In this document: in pieces, positions 9,118 through 20,565 of the stretch
How positions within the stretch are numbered: the stretch's first letter is position 1
How the letters are laid out: every line of letters begins with the position of its first letter
DNA from: Burkholderiales bacterium
GTDB lineage: Bacteria; Bacillota; Clostridia; Christensenellales; SZUA-584
Direction: 5' to 3'
DNA length: 64,000 nt
Assembly: GCA_050260375.1 (NCBI GenBank)
Contig: JBLNCA010000045.1
Coordinates: 12,423 to 76,422 of the forward strand
Notes under the pieces: model-generated
Databases searched by the model: none
What the model was told of the DNA's origin: nothing
Seen by the model: only the letters and a program-made list of their open reading frames with translations
Translations under genes and position numbers: made by a program

Positions 9118-9157
9118 GTGGGGAGTTCTTGTACCCTTGTGGGGAGTTCTTGTACCC
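9118..9157 (+). repeat. 2 x 20-bp perfect tandem repeat GTGGGGAGTTCTTGTACCCT
   Basis: Read directly; a diverged single copy (ATGGGGTTCTTTATGCC) follows the first MITE copy at 8975. Confidence 0.8.
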
Positions 9158-9228
9158 TCGGGCGGCATTTGGCGGCTTTTTTGTTTTTTTCAGAGATTTT
9201 TTCAAATCTAAATGTTGACATACATATT

Positions 9229-9330
9229 TCAGCCTGTAAGCTTGCCCCATCTTACACTCGCTTCTCCCGCTATATAACCGCTTATGTTTTCAAAGCTCGG
9301 CTCCGCGCTCCGGTCGAGTATCATATCCAT
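9229..9330 (-). pseudogene. 33-codon N-terminal remnant (MDMILDRSAEPSFENISGYIAGEASVRWGKLTG); reminiscent of DUF3788 N-termini
   Basis: Strong RBS AAAAGGAG but ORF stops after 33 codons next to the repeat cluster; family call from memory only. Confidence 0.3.
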
Positions 9331-9567
9331 ATCAAGCACTCCTTTTCTGATGGAGGAACATATTTTCGATTATTATAACATGCGCAGGAGATTTTTGGAA
9401 TACGCTGTTCCGAGCCAGGCACATTGTATGATAAAGCAACCGTAATTGGGGCCGGTTAACACAACGCATATACGCTGAATACAATGAATTATCACTGGCT
9501 ATGCGCCCCTTTATTCAGTTTCGGGGCGTACGATGTCGCCAAAACTAATGTTAGTGGGAGATAAAAC

Positions 9568-10106
9568 ATGGGTAATTTCAGAGATCAGTTCAGCGGCCGC
9601 GATTTTCGCGACGACTGTGGGCGCCGCGACGAGCGACGTGATGAGCGCGAGGGGACTAATGTTGTGCTTACGCCGCAACGGGCGGCGCAGGGCCGCTTCC
9701 TATAATTACGACGTCGCTGGCAGACCCTATTTCGGTAGTCAGCGTAACGCTTGATGCGGACGAGTTGAAGAATCCGTCCATACTGCTTAACTTTACGAGC
9801 ATAATCAGCATTCCGGTGGGTGTATCGGTCACGCTTAATTTTGAAGTGCTGCGCATAAAGGATAACGGCTCGCCGATAAAGGTTGGTTCAACGTATACGT
9901 TCGCTAGGCTGGCAAACGCGCTGCAATCCGAATCGTTCGGGTTCCAGCTGTTTGACGCAAACCTTGAACCGGGCACTTACACGTATTCGGTAGTTGTGTC
10001 TACAAATTCTATCATAGAAACCTCTCCCGGCCTTACAATAGTAAATGCAACGTTGAGCGCGCTGGGCGTGGATGAAGACTGCAAAAGACGCAGAAAAAGA
10101 TGGTAA
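9568..10106 (+). pseudogene. Small clostridial beta-rich protein with charged R/D/E N-terminus (possibly DUF4489-like), split by a frameshift
   Basis: ATG 9568 with GGGAG RBS reads MGNFRDQFSGRDFRDDCGRRDERRDEREGTNVVL... and stops at 9703. The frame open from 9660 continues ...GPLPIITTSLADPISVVSVTLDADELKNPSILLNF... to 10106 with no good start of its own. Confidence 0.55.
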
Positions 10107-10158
10107 GGCAGATTATTAATAATGTTCTATAGGCGGCTTTTAAGGGGCCGCCGTTATT

Positions 10159-10198
10159 TTTACACCCCATAAAGCCTAAAGTATTTATGGGGTGTAAA
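10159..10198. repeat. REP-like hairpin TTACACCCCATAAAGCCTAAAGTATTTATGGGGTGTAA
   Basis: 12-bp perfect stem ACACCCCATAAA/TTTATGGGGTGT. Confidence 0.8.
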
Positions 10199-10314
10199 AA
10201 GCACTATTAGATTGTATACATAGGAATATGCTATTATATTCCTGAATAAGGGATTGTTCGTCTGTATTTTGAACGCGGGCTGAGGCAATAATAACTTTTG
10301 AGTCAGCCTAATGA

Positions 10315-11637
<1,323 letters not shown>

Positions 11638-12708
11638 CTAGATAAACATATCGCGCTTCTTTATCCAGGCGTATATTGCGCCTGCGAAAAAAAGCAGCGC
11701 TCCGTAACCGACGGCGGGGTAGAGAAACCGTACGAGGTTGGAAAACCCGAGCTGCCCCGCCGAAAAAGCTCCCGCCGCCGCCAGCGTTATCAGCAGCTTT
11801 TTAGGCAGAGAAAAAGGCATCCTTTGCGAAAACCCGTAAAGGTCTCCTATGGCCGTCGAGTAGATTTCGGCGAATATTACAACGGCGAAAAGCAGCCGGA
11901 CGGGAGCGGACACGCTTTCCGCCACCGCTATCATAGGCACTTCCAAAGCAGCTACGTCCGTTATGTTCGTCATAAGGCAGAAGTTTATCGCGGCTATGCC
12001 AAGGCCGAGCCCGGCAGCGCCCAGCAGCGCCCCGCCGAGCAGGCTTTTTTTGCTTTTCGCGTTTGCGCCCAGCGGAGCGAGCACGGCTATCGCAATCACG
12101 AGGTTGTATGAGGCGTAATTGACCGCGGAGAGGAACCAGCCGGGAGTTGCCGGCGCCACCGCTCTGCTCGCTTCCAACTCCTCCGGGGTGAGGGGATTTT
12201 TCGAAACGTTTGTGACAAACATCAAAATGAGCATTGCAATGAGCAGCGGCACGACCGCGCTTATTGCGTTTACTACGCCTTTCGTGCCCGTCATCACCGT
12301 AAGCACAGAAATAGAGGCCATGACTAGCATGCCCCAAACCGGAGCCGCGCCGAACTGTTCGCGGAACACGGCTCCGGCGCCTGCTATCATAACGCCGAAC
12401 CCGCCGAACAGAAACACCGTGATTATTATGTCAATCGCGCCGCCCAGCAATCTCCCGTTCGTGAACCGCACTACCTCGAGATGCGAGCGCGCGTTAAGGC
12501 TCTTTCCCAGCAGTAGCGCGGTATACCCGAAAAAAAAGAACAGCGCCGTTGCGACTGCGATTCCCCACAACCCCATTGCGCCGTGCGATGTGAAAAACCT
12601 GAGTATCTCCTGCCCCGAGGAAAACCCCGCGCCTACCACCGTGCCTATATACGCGCCCGCTATGCGAAACATGCCTATCGAAGTATTCTTCAACTCCCCG
12701 CCCTCCAT
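11638..12708 (-). CDS. YkvI-family membrane protein (putative transporter)
   Basis: AYIGTVVGAGFSSGQEILRFF motif, about 10 TM; true start may be TTG 12693 or ATG 12672. Confidence 0.75.
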   Translation of the reverse strand: MEGGELKNTSIGMFRIAGAYIGTVVGAGFSSGQEILRFFTSHGAMGLWGIAVATALFFFFGYTALLLGKSLNARSHLEVVRFTNGRLLGGAIDIIITVFLFGGFGVMIAGAGAVFREQFGAAPVWGMLVMASISVLTVMTGTKGVVNAISAVVPLLIAMLILMFVTNVSKNPLTPEELEASRAVAPATPGWFLSAVNYASYNLVIAIAVLAPLGANAKSKKSLLGGALLGAAGLGLGIAAINFCLMTNITDVAALEVPMIAVAESVSAPVRLLFAVVIFAEIYSTAIGDLYGFSQRMPFSLPKKLLITLAAAGAFSAGQLGFSNLVRFLYPAVGYGALLFFAGAIYAWIKKRDMFI

Positions 12709-12835
12709 ATAACATTCTATTGCGCCGGGCGGCCGGTATATGTCTTATACATATGAAGGCATTCAAGGATTGGCGGGATAATATTAAAACAACGCCGGAC
12801 ATATCATATGGTATACCGACAAGGAGGTTGCATGT

Positions 12836-13754
12836 ATGCCGGCAAACGATACATACATAGAGGATTCTCTGGAGCTTAACCTTTTTTATCTGCGCATAAT
12901 GAAAGAGCACGCGCTGTTTTTGCAGCTGGCGTTCACTCCGAAGAATAAAGATTTGGGAGTGCAGGCCGAAAGCATAAGGCAGCGCATGGACGACCTGATG
13001 CGCCAGACGATACAGGTTTCGGGAGGGTATTTAAGCAAGGCGGTGATGTCTTCGGGCGAGCTTTTTACGCGCTATACCGTGGAGGCCGAGCGCCAGACAC
13101 AAAACCTGACGGGCGTGCCCATAGATATGCAGTTGACCCTTGAAGAGTATAATCTCGCAGGTGTGGTCGCCTCGTCTCCGACAATGCAGCAGACGGCGGA
13201 CGGCATAAACCAAAATGCCGCGAGCCTAACAGGCGAGCTGCTGCAATTAAAACAGCGGGTGCAGAGCGACGTTGCGGCCTGCGCGATGTTCACAAGCATA
13301 TACCCTTTGCAATTGGACCATTTGATAAGGGAAGCGCAGGATTATTTAAGTATGCTTAATCGCCTGAATGCCCGCCAGCTTCAGATGGGCCCGCAGGAGC
13401 TTGCCGATGAACAGGCGCTTATGGACGGCCTCATGGGGGAGCACGCACTGTTTATTGACGGCCACCTGGACCCTGCGGAAACCAGCGCTCAAAATGAAGG
13501 CGCGCGCTATTTACCCCGAGTTCCACCGGCTGTCGCAGCAGGCTGCGGCTGCGAAAAGAGCGCCCAGTACGCTGCCAGTCTTGACGCGGCGCACCATACC
13601 TGCCGTGCAGAACATTATGGGCTTCAAAGCGCAGGGCGCAGACGGCATACTTTCCTGCAAAATACGCTCGATAATACTGCCGCTGCTTGCCGACCGCGTA
13701 CTGCGCGAAGCTAATTATTATCTGCGCATACTCAAAGAGACGCTGGGGCAGTAA
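12836..13754 (+). pseudogene. DUF2935 protein (four-helix-bundle, hemerythrin-like), interrupted by +1 frameshift near 13475-13490
   Basis: N-part frame ends in Arg/Ala-rich nonsense. The conserved C-terminus (...GILSCKIRSIILPLLADRVLREANYYLRIL) is in ORF 13368-13754; switch maps to CTGCGGAAACCAGCG. Confidence 0.7.
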
Positions 13755-13773
13755 CAGACGGCTTATCTTATTG

Positions 13774-14016
13774 TCATTTTCCCGTACCGCGCTCGCAGTA
13801 CGGCGGCGTTTTTTTATGATGTTTTTGGCACAGCCCGCAAAGCTTGTGCCGCTTGCAGCTTGTCCTCGGGCAGGGGCAGTCCTCCCTTACGAGTCCGTCA
13901 TACGCCCGTTCATCTTCATGTTTTTCGCTGCCCTTGCGCGGCTGCTTAGATTGGCTCATATCGTCTGCCCTTTGTTTAGCCGTATTTGCTATGGCAAGAA
14001 TATCATACATAAGCAT
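13774..14016 (-). CDS. Small Cys-rich protein (C-x-C-x5-C-x6-C-x2-C-x3-H ... P-x-C; DUF6485-like)
   Basis: EDCPCPRTSCKRHKLCGLCQKHHKKTPPYCE core; start may be ATG 13959 (MSQSK...). Confidence 0.5.
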   Translation of the reverse strand: MLMYDILAIANTAKQRADDMSQSKQPRKGSEKHEDERAYDGLVREDCPCPRTSCKRHKLCGLCQKHHKKTPPYCERGTGK

Positions 14017-14123
14017 ACATGAGTATAAAACAATCCCGCAGAGTGCTTTCCCGCGGGGGAATGAATACGGCTTGTTTGTTAGCAGGGCAATGTATCTCCT
14101 GATACGAACCGGCCGTTCCTTAA

Positions 14124-14835
14124 TTATATCAGTCCCCGTTCGCTTAAACTGTTATACAGCACTTTTGCGTCGCCATCCCTGTTGCTGATTATATACCGGC
14201 GAAATGCGGGCCGCATGATAAGGCTGCTGATAACGCGCGAAAAAATGCTTTGAAGGGCATACCTGCGCCCTGTTCTGACGTCGCGCACTAACTTTTCTCC
14301 CAGCCTCCGCGCCCTTATAAGCGTCTTTTCATCCTCGGCCGCCTTCCTTCCTCCCGAAAAGCTTTCGCCTAGAAAGCCGGACGAATAGCTGCGAAGGAAC
14401 GTGCCGCCGCTGCCGAAACGGGAGAGGCCTTTGGCTACCTTTTTTGCGGCGCCTGCCGAGTTGGCGGCTGAGATACCGGCCATATACTTGCCGCCGAGCG
14501 AGGACGTCGACACCTCATACATTCCCAGCCTGTCGATAACGTTCTTCATAATGGCGTTCGGCGCGCCCGCATAAGTGGGGGAGCCCCATATTATGCCGTC
14601 GGCATTATAAAGCCGTTCTCTGACCGCCTGAAAATCGTCGTCCATAAAACACCGACCACGCTGCATGCAGGAAAGGCATCCCCGGCAGAACTCTATGTTT
14701 AAACCGGGCAGATAGATTTCCTCAATTTCAGCCCCAAGCGCCGCCGCGCCTTTTAGAGCCTCTCTGACCATAGCTGCGCTGTTGCTTCCTTCGCGCGCTG
14801 CTTATCACTCCTGCCACGACAATATCCTTTTCCAT
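14124..14835 (-). pseudogene. Flavodoxin-like NAD(P)H-dependent FMN reductase / iron-sulfur flavoprotein, split by 1-nt frameshift near 14785
   Basis: MEKDIVVAGVISSAR (ATG 14835, RBS AAAGGAG) changes frame at CGCGAAGGAAG. The other frame reads GSNSAAMVREALKGAA...CRGCLSCM...WGSPTY. Confidence 0.7.
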
Positions 14836-14861
14836 AATAAATGCTCCTTTTTTGATACCCC

Positions 14862-14962
14862 TTGACAAATTGTGCTTGCCGAAGTATACTAATAATATAG
14901 AAAGTAAACTAGCAGTATACAATGCCTAATAACGGTATACCACGGTTCCAATAATTTGTCAA
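14862..14962. promoter_or_regulatory. Crossing divergent promoters with three GTATAC-centred motifs
   Basis: + strand TTGACA(14862)-17 nt-TATACT(14885); - strand TTGACA(14962..14957)-17 nt-TATACC; GTATAC at 14884, 14915, 14935; 10-bp inverted repeat TTGACAAATT/AATTTGTCAA. Confidence 0.55.
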
Positions 14963-14975
14963 CAGGAGATTTTTT

Positions 14976-15611
14976 ATGACGCATTCAAGGCGCGACAGGG
15001 AGCGGGCGGCGAGGGAAGCGGATATAATAGCCGCCGCGGAGAATCTGTTTTACACAAAAGGGTTTGAAAACACGTCTATGGACGAGATTGCAAAATATGC
15101 GGAGTTCACGAAAAAAACGATATATCAGTACTTTAAAAGCAAGGAAGATTTGTTTTACGCCGTAGCGTCCAAAAATGTGAATGTGTTGCTTGGCCGCATA
15201 CGCGAATACTCGAAAAAAGGGAAAACGGGAATTGAGAAATTAAAGAATATAAAAGCGGCAGCTTACGAGTACGCCCGCGACAATCGCGACGCCTACCGTC
15301 TGCTCAGCTACGCGCAGTATGTGCACTGCACGGTACAGGACAGTCCGTATTACCGGGATATTATGGCAAGCAATACAGAGCTGTTCGCCGAGTTCGGGCG
15401 TATAATTGAGGAAGGCAAAGCTGACGGTAGCATCAGCAGCCGGATAAGCCATCCTCTTGGAACAATAGCGCTTTTCTTTATCGTTACCGGATTCATCGGG
15501 AGGATCAACGAAGCGGGGGAGGCATATTCCGCGATCTACGGCGTCAACATTGACGACCTGGCGCACTTGTGCTTTGAGCTTACGGACAGGCTGCTGCTCC
15601 CGGAAAATTAA
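14976..15611 (+). CDS. TetR/AcrR family regulator
   Basis: N-terminal TetR HTH (FYTKGFENTSMDEIAKYAEFTKKTIYQYF). Confidence 0.9.
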   Translation: MTHSRRDRERAAREADIIAAAENLFYTKGFENTSMDEIAKYAEFTKKTIYQYFKSKEDLFYAVASKNVNVLLGRIREYSKKGKTGIEKLKNIKAAAYEYARDNRDAYRLLSYAQYVHCTVQDSPYYRDIMASNTELFAEFGRIIEEGKADGSISSRISHPLGTIALFFIVTGFIGRINEAGEAYSAIYGVNIDDLAHLCFELTDRLLLPEN

Positions 15612-15649
15612 CATAAAAACGGGGAACAAGCGTCCCCGTTCCTATAACA

Positions 15650-17137
15650 TCAAGTTGTTTTAAACTCTATGCCGTTTTGTACGCACAGCCTGTGGGCGGC
15701 GTACCTGCCCGCGGCGCCCGCGCCCGGCAGCCCGCCCGGCGGCAGCGTCCACATGCCCGCCATAATGAAGTTGTCAAGTCCGGGCAGCAACCCCGGGAAG
15801 TACTGGGGTATGTCTTTGTCCACCCCTGTCCACGACATCCAGGAGCCTCTCCACGCGTTGCAGAACTTCTGATACGTCATAGGCGTCACGACGTCCGTGA
15901 CTTCTATATGCCCCTTTGTTTCGGGGAAGCGCACCGTTACCGCGCTTATCGCGTCCTCGGTCAGCCTGCGCTTTTCCGACTCGTATTTTTCCTTGTCGCC
16001 GTAAAGCCCGTTCCAGTAATCGTAATCGGACGAGTAAAAGCATGCGAGCACCGTCTTGCCTTCGGGAGCGAAGCTCTTTTCATAGCTGTAATTAAGTATA
16101 TTAACGTTTTCATCCTCAACGCCGCCAAGCGCTGCGGGCTGTCTGCGCCGGACCGTTATGCCGCGCGTTGTGTCGCTTAATACTGTTCCCACGCCCAGGA
16201 ACACTATCGAGCACGTAGGGGTTATATACCGCTTCGGCTCGCCGAACAGCTTGTCGTAAATGGGAGGCGTATATTTATCATCGAGCAGAACTTTGAGCGT
16301 AGCGTATCCGTCCGCGCACGATACGACATGGTCGCCGAATACCTCGCTGCCGTCTGCAAGCCTAATGCCCGCTGCCTTTCCCGATTCTACGATTATCTTA
16401 TCGGCCTTTGCCTTGTAAAATACTTTTCCGCCCAGCTCAACGTATCTCTTTTCCATCCTGCGCGCCATTGCCCGCGAACCGCCTTGCGGGAACCCGCAGT
16501 CGCCCGCGTTCATGCCGCCGAGCGCCGAGAGCAGCGATATTGAAGTGTAATCTTTATTTAAGAACCCCAAAAGAGCCCGCTTGATAAGAGGGTTCGTAAA
16601 CTGTTCCGCGAGCTGGCCTATAGTCATCTTGCCGTATTTTAATACCTTCGTCAGCACTCCAAAGTTTTTTGCCGCGTACTTTATGCCGTCGCCCGCCGTC
16701 ATCATGTCCATAGGTTTGTCAAGAGGCATGCCGAGGCCCCCAAAGCCGCGTATTGCGCCGCACATTTGCTTTATGGCTTTCCTGTCTTCGGGCGCTATCT
16801 CAAGCAGGTGCTTTTCCAGCCTGTCGGCGTTTGTATACAGTGAAACCGACTTGCCGTCCTCCTCGTAGCGGGTAAACACGTCGTGGTTAATAATCTTAAC
16901 CGAATCGTCCAGAGCTCCCGTATCGCGCCACATGCCGTAAAGCGGCGTGCCCGGCTTAGTGCCCACAAGCCAGTGCACGCACCCGTCGAAGTGGTATTCG
17001 CCCCTGTCCCAGCCGGTGCATTCGCCTCCCGGTATGCTGTGCGATTCATATATCTCGGTATCGAATCCGTTAAGCCGCGCATAGATGCCGCACGTCAGGC
17101 CGGCAATGCCCGCGCCTATGATTATTACCTTTTTCAT
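15650..17137 (-). CDS. FAD-dependent oxidoreductase, phytoene-desaturase (CrtI)-like family
   Basis: IIGAGIAGL dinucleotide-binding start, about 495 aa amine-oxidase/CrtI-type layout. Confidence 0.8.
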   Translation of the reverse strand: MKKVIIIGAGIAGLTCGIYARLNGFDTEIYESHSIPGGECTGWDRGEYHFDGCVHWLVGTKPGTPLYGMWRDTGALDDSVKIINHDVFTRYEEDGKSVSLYTNADRLEKHLLEIAPEDRKAIKQMCGAIRGFGGLGMPLDKPMDMMTAGDGIKYAAKNFGVLTKVLKYGKMTIGQLAEQFTNPLIKRALLGFLNKDYTSISLLSALGGMNAGDCGFPQGGSRAMARRMEKRYVELGGKVFYKAKADKIIVESGKAAGIRLADGSEVFGDHVVSCADGYATLKVLLDDKYTPPIYDKLFGEPKRYITPTCSIVFLGVGTVLSDTTRGITVRRRQPAALGGVEDENVNILNYSYEKSFAPEGKTVLACFYSSDYDYWNGLYGDKEKYESEKRRLTEDAISAVTVRFPETKGHIEVTDVVTPMTYQKFCNAWRGSWMSWTGVDKDIPQYFPGLLPGLDNFIMAGMWTLPPGGLPGAGAAGRYAAHRLCVQNGIEFKTT

Positions 17138-17161
17138 ATTTGCACCTCAAAAAATATAAGT

Positions 17162-17761
17162 TTATTTCCTGACCATATTAACGAGTATCTCGGGGTCGGG
17201 CATATTAAAGTCTTTGATAGCGAGCTTGTATATAGCAAGCCCCTGTATCGCCGCGAAAAAAGTGAGCGCCATGCCGTAAACGTCGCCGTCTTTAATTTCG
17301 TCCGCCTGCTGGCCCGCCGCAAGTATGCGCGCCATAGCGTGTACCGGTATATCCGAAGTGTTTATCAGTTCCTCGTATTGCGCGCCGGGCGTCTCCATTA
17401 CGGAGGCGTGGGCGACTATTAAAAAGTAATATGCAGAATCCTTGAAGCCCTCAATGCCGCCCAGTATGAACTTTGCCGTCTGCCGCACCTTTTCGATGGG
17501 GGAGAGCGGCATGCCTTCAACTTCCAGAAGCGCCTGCGAAGAAGCCGTCATCGCCCGCTTGAGCAGCTCGTAAAATATTTCTTCTTTGGATTTGAAGTAA
17601 TGATACACGAGGCCGTGGCTCATGCCCGCGCTCGTGACGATGTCGCTTATCTTCGTCGCAGCGAAACCCCTGCGTCCAAACACCTTTAATGCCGCCGACA
17701 ATATCTGCTCCCGCCGCTCGTCTTTTAATTGCTCGTTCTGCTCATCGTTTCTCGGGCTCAT
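17162..17761 (-). CDS. TetR/AcrR family regulator
   Basis: TetR HTH (VFGRRGFAATKISDIVTSAGMSHGLVYHYF). Confidence 0.9.
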   Translation of the reverse strand: MSPRNDEQNEQLKDERREQILSAALKVFGRRGFAATKISDIVTSAGMSHGLVYHYFKSKEEIFYELLKRAMTASSQALLEVEGMPLSPIEKVRQTAKFILGGIEGFKDSAYYFLIVAHASVMETPGAQYEELINTSDIPVHAMARILAAGQQADEIKDGDVYGMALTFFAAIQGLAIYKLAIKDFNMPDPEILVNMVRK

Positions 17762-17780
17762 ATATTCACCTTTGATGCAA

Positions 17781-17816
17781 TATTCTTTGATTGATTAATC
17801 AGTCAATCAAAGAATA
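17781..17816. promoter_or_regulatory. 36-bp palindromic operator TATTCTTTGATTGA-ttaatcag-TCAATCAAAGAATA
   Basis: Perfect 14-bp arms, 20 nt upstream of TetR start codon (17761). Confidence 0.65.
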
Positions 17817-17936
17817 GCATACTGCCATACGGCTGTCAACAGTAAATATTATAATTATTTAAAATAAAAAAGCCTCCTTGGCGCCCAAAAATAGGTGAGT
17901 GGAGGCAGTAAAATGCGGAAGAGTACTCCGTATATG

Positions 17937-18827
17937 CTATTTTTCCGGCTCGCCCGAGGGAGTCTGAATTTTTCTGCTCATCACATCCATGAGCAGCGCG
18001 CCTGCAAAACCCGCCGCGCATATCAGCGCGCAGAGCAGCACTTCAACGGCGCCGCTGTACTTCATGGGCAGTATGATAACGACGGTGGATGCTATAACAA
18101 ACCCTATCACCATATGATACGCCACCGCGTAATGCTTTTTGAATATATAGTTTATTCCGCGCGCGGACGTCAATGTAATAGCGAGAACGCCCAATGCCAT
18201 AGGTATCAGAACTTCGGGGGAAAGGTTTTTGATGCCCGCGTTCATCGGCTGATACAGCCCAAGGAATATTAAAAGGGAAGAGGAGCTAAGGCCAGGCACC
18301 ACAAGGCTTATGCCCCAGAGCAGTCCGCAAACGAAGTACCACCATATGTTAGGCTCCAGCCGTATCTGCGAGCGGCCCTTAAGTATTAAAAGCAGCGCGA
18401 GTATTGCGGCTGTGCTTACTATGAGCGATACCCATGCGCTTTTCGGACGTCCTTCCTTGCCCGCCTCCCTGAACAGCGAGGGAAGCATGCCCGCAATGAG
18501 GCCGATAAACAGCCACTCCGCCAGATTTGAACCCGCCTTAAAAAGCAAGTCCACAAGCCGCGCAAGCAGAAGAAAACCGATGACCCAGCCTATAAGCACG
18601 GGCAGCAGCAGCCCCACATATTTTTTGAAAGCGCGCAGAGGATGCGCGAGCAGCGCCATCATAGGCTGGTAAATGCCGAACACTACGCAAAGCACGCCGC
18701 CGCTGACGCCGGGAAGTATCGCTCCCGCTCCTATTATTGCTCCCTGAAGCACCAGAAGCATCCACTTTAGAACTCTCTTTAGGGCGGCGCTGTTTTTTGC
18801 TGTGCTTATCTGCTCGTTGCGATCCAT
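17937..18827 (-). CDS. DUF368 membrane protein (polyprenyl-phosphate transporter family)
   Basis: ILPGVSGGVLCVVFG and VVPGLSSSSLL repeats of DUF368; ATG 18827 after AGGAG. Confidence 0.8.
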   Translation of the reverse strand: MDRNEQISTAKNSAALKRVLKWMLLVLQGAIIGAGAILPGVSGGVLCVVFGIYQPMMALLAHPLRAFKKYVGLLLPVLIGWVIGFLLLARLVDLLFKAGSNLAEWLFIGLIAGMLPSLFREAGKEGRPKSAWVSLIVSTAAILALLLILKGRSQIRLEPNIWWYFVCGLLWGISLVVPGLSSSSLLIFLGLYQPMNAGIKNLSPEVLIPMALGVLAITLTSARGINYIFKKHYAVAYHMVIGFVIASTVVIILPMKYSGAVEVLLCALICAAGFAGALLMDVMSRKIQTPSGEPEK

Positions 18828-19059
18828 ATAATCTCCTGTAACGCTCCCATAAGCTGTACTTGATAGGCTCGTGTAAAAATATATATACAGCATTATAAAT
18901 CTGTACGCTTGAAACCGTCAATGTATTACTGAAGTTTTCTCCAAGAATTTACTGTTATCCGTACCGTTGCCGCATAAAAAAGCCTCCCCAAAATGCGGGG
19001 AGGCGGAGCATAGAGCGGTATTCGTTTAGGTAATAATTTTCTTTATGCGCCACGCTTGC

Positions 19060-19791
19060 TCATACCTTCTTTTCCTCGGCTACCTTGGCGCCGGTTTGCT
19101 TTTTGTAGTACCCCTTGTATTCCACCAGCCCTATGTCGCAGCCGCTGCCTATTGTAACGTTGTCTCCGCGTACTACCTTCGCCGTAGTATTCTCAAGCGT
19201 TATGTCGTTGCCCTCTATTACTTCCGCCTCCAGCGCGGGAAAGTAACTGGGCAGCAGCGCTTTTACAATGCCGAGTCCCGTCGTTCCAAGGCTCACGCGT
19301 ATCTTCTCGCCGCCTATTTCCTTGGCGCGGCTTCTGTTCCAGTACAGGTGTATGTCTATATCATCGGCGCTTAACAGCCCGCCTACTTCAAAGAGCCCGG
19401 TGGAATAAAAACTCTCGGAATTGCAGTCGCCTCCGATCTTTACCGAGCCGTTAACCTTGACCTTTTGCGCGTTGACGCTTTTCTTGATATCGGCGGTTCC
19501 GGTAACGATAAGCTCTTCGCAATTTACCGCGGAGCCGAAGCTGCCCGAACCGTTCACTTTTGCTTCGCCGCATTTTAAGTCTCCGCCTATTCGCCCCGCG
19601 CCGTTTATCTTGACGGCTCCGCACTCTACGCCGTCCGTCGCCTCGCCCGAGCCGTTGATTATAAAATCGACGCAGTCAAGCGCTCCCGTTATCCTGCCCG
19701 AGCCGTTTATCCGTACAAGGTTATATGCGCCGCCCGATGCCGTGCCCGAACCGCTTATCTTAAGATCGGGCTTTTGCGAGTTATCGCTCAT
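19060..19791 (-). CDS. Bactofilin-like polymer-forming beta-helix protein (YhbE/YhbF-like)
   Basis: Repeated xxINGSGxxxGxLxC turns over about 150 aa. Confidence 0.7.
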   Translation of the reverse strand: MSDNSQKPDLKISGSGTASGGAYNLVRINGSGRITGALDCVDFIINGSGEATDGVECGAVKINGAGRIGGDLKCGEAKVNGSGSFGSAVNCEELIVTGTADIKKSVNAQKVKVNGSVKIGGDCNSESFYSTGLFEVGGLLSADDIDIHLYWNRSRAKEIGGEKIRVSLGTTGLGIVKALLPSYFPALEAEVIEGNDITLENTTAKVVRGDNVTIGSGCDIGLVEYKGYYKKQTGAKVAEEKKV

Positions 19792-19804
19792 CTTAATATC
19801 CTCC

Positions 19805-20428
19805 TTAAATTAGTTTCAGTTTCAATTCTTCAGTCGCCTTTTGCGTGTCTATGCAGGCTACAAGCCTTACGCCCCTGTCGAAGCATGCGTCGCAGGGTGG
19901 CGACGCCGCAAAGCAGCAGAACACCCCGAGCTTTCGCGTAAGAAATATATTCGCGGGTTTTCCGTCGAATCTAACCATCTGCTCGCGCAGCACTTCCAGC
20001 ATAATCTTGCCTTCATCAAGGCTTATATCGCCCGCCATAAGATGCTTTCCCAGCAGGTATGCGCATAGAAGGTCGTTAAAATCGAGCGCCTCCGTTCCGC
20101 CTCTGAACTCAAGGTACAGCTTTATTATCTCCGCGGACGCCACGCCGCGCTGTGCGGCCTCTTCGGCGCTTAACGCGACATTGCTCTCGGCGGGGGAGAA
20201 CACGTCAGCAAGGTCGTCGAGCGATACGTCTTCTTTCATGCTCAGTATCTTATCTATGCGCGGCAGCACCTTATATTTCGGAAAAAACGTCTCCTGCCCG
20301 GTAAACGTGGACTTGCGTATGAACCATTCCTCGGGTATGAGCCCTTTGCGCTTCCATCTGTAAAGCTGTCCGTATGATATATTAGTCAACTCAAGCAACT
20401 CCTTTTTGGAAATGAGCTCTTCTTCCAT
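19805..20428 (-). CDS. DUF4004 (YhbD-like) MerR-type HTH protein
   Basis: SKKELLELTNISYGQLYRWKRKGLIPEEWF motif; ATG 20428 after AAAGGAGG. Confidence 0.75.
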   Translation of the reverse strand: MEEELISKKELLELTNISYGQLYRWKRKGLIPEEWFIRKSTFTGQETFFPKYKVLPRIDKILSMKEDVSLDDLADVFSPAESNVALSAEEAAQRGVASAEIIKLYLEFRGGTEALDFNDLLCAYLLGKHLMAGDISLDEGKIMLEVLREQMVRFDGKPANIFLTRKLGVFCCFAASPPCDACFDRGVRLVACIDTQKATEELKLKLI

Positions 20429-20527
20429 ACTTCCGCCTCCTTTTTGCAATCTTCCGGATAAAAACAGCGTAACATAACACTGTTACGCTGTCAAGCGAAT
20501 TTTAAGTAAACGATCATTCATTAATAC

Positions 20528-20565
20528 GGGTCCCCAAAAAGCCGTGAGACTTTTTAGGGTGTAAA
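20528..20565. repeat. REP-like hairpin GGGTCCCCAAAAAGCCGTGAGACTTTTTAGGGTGTAAA
   Basis: Reverse-orientation relative of 59794-59833. Confidence 0.75.
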
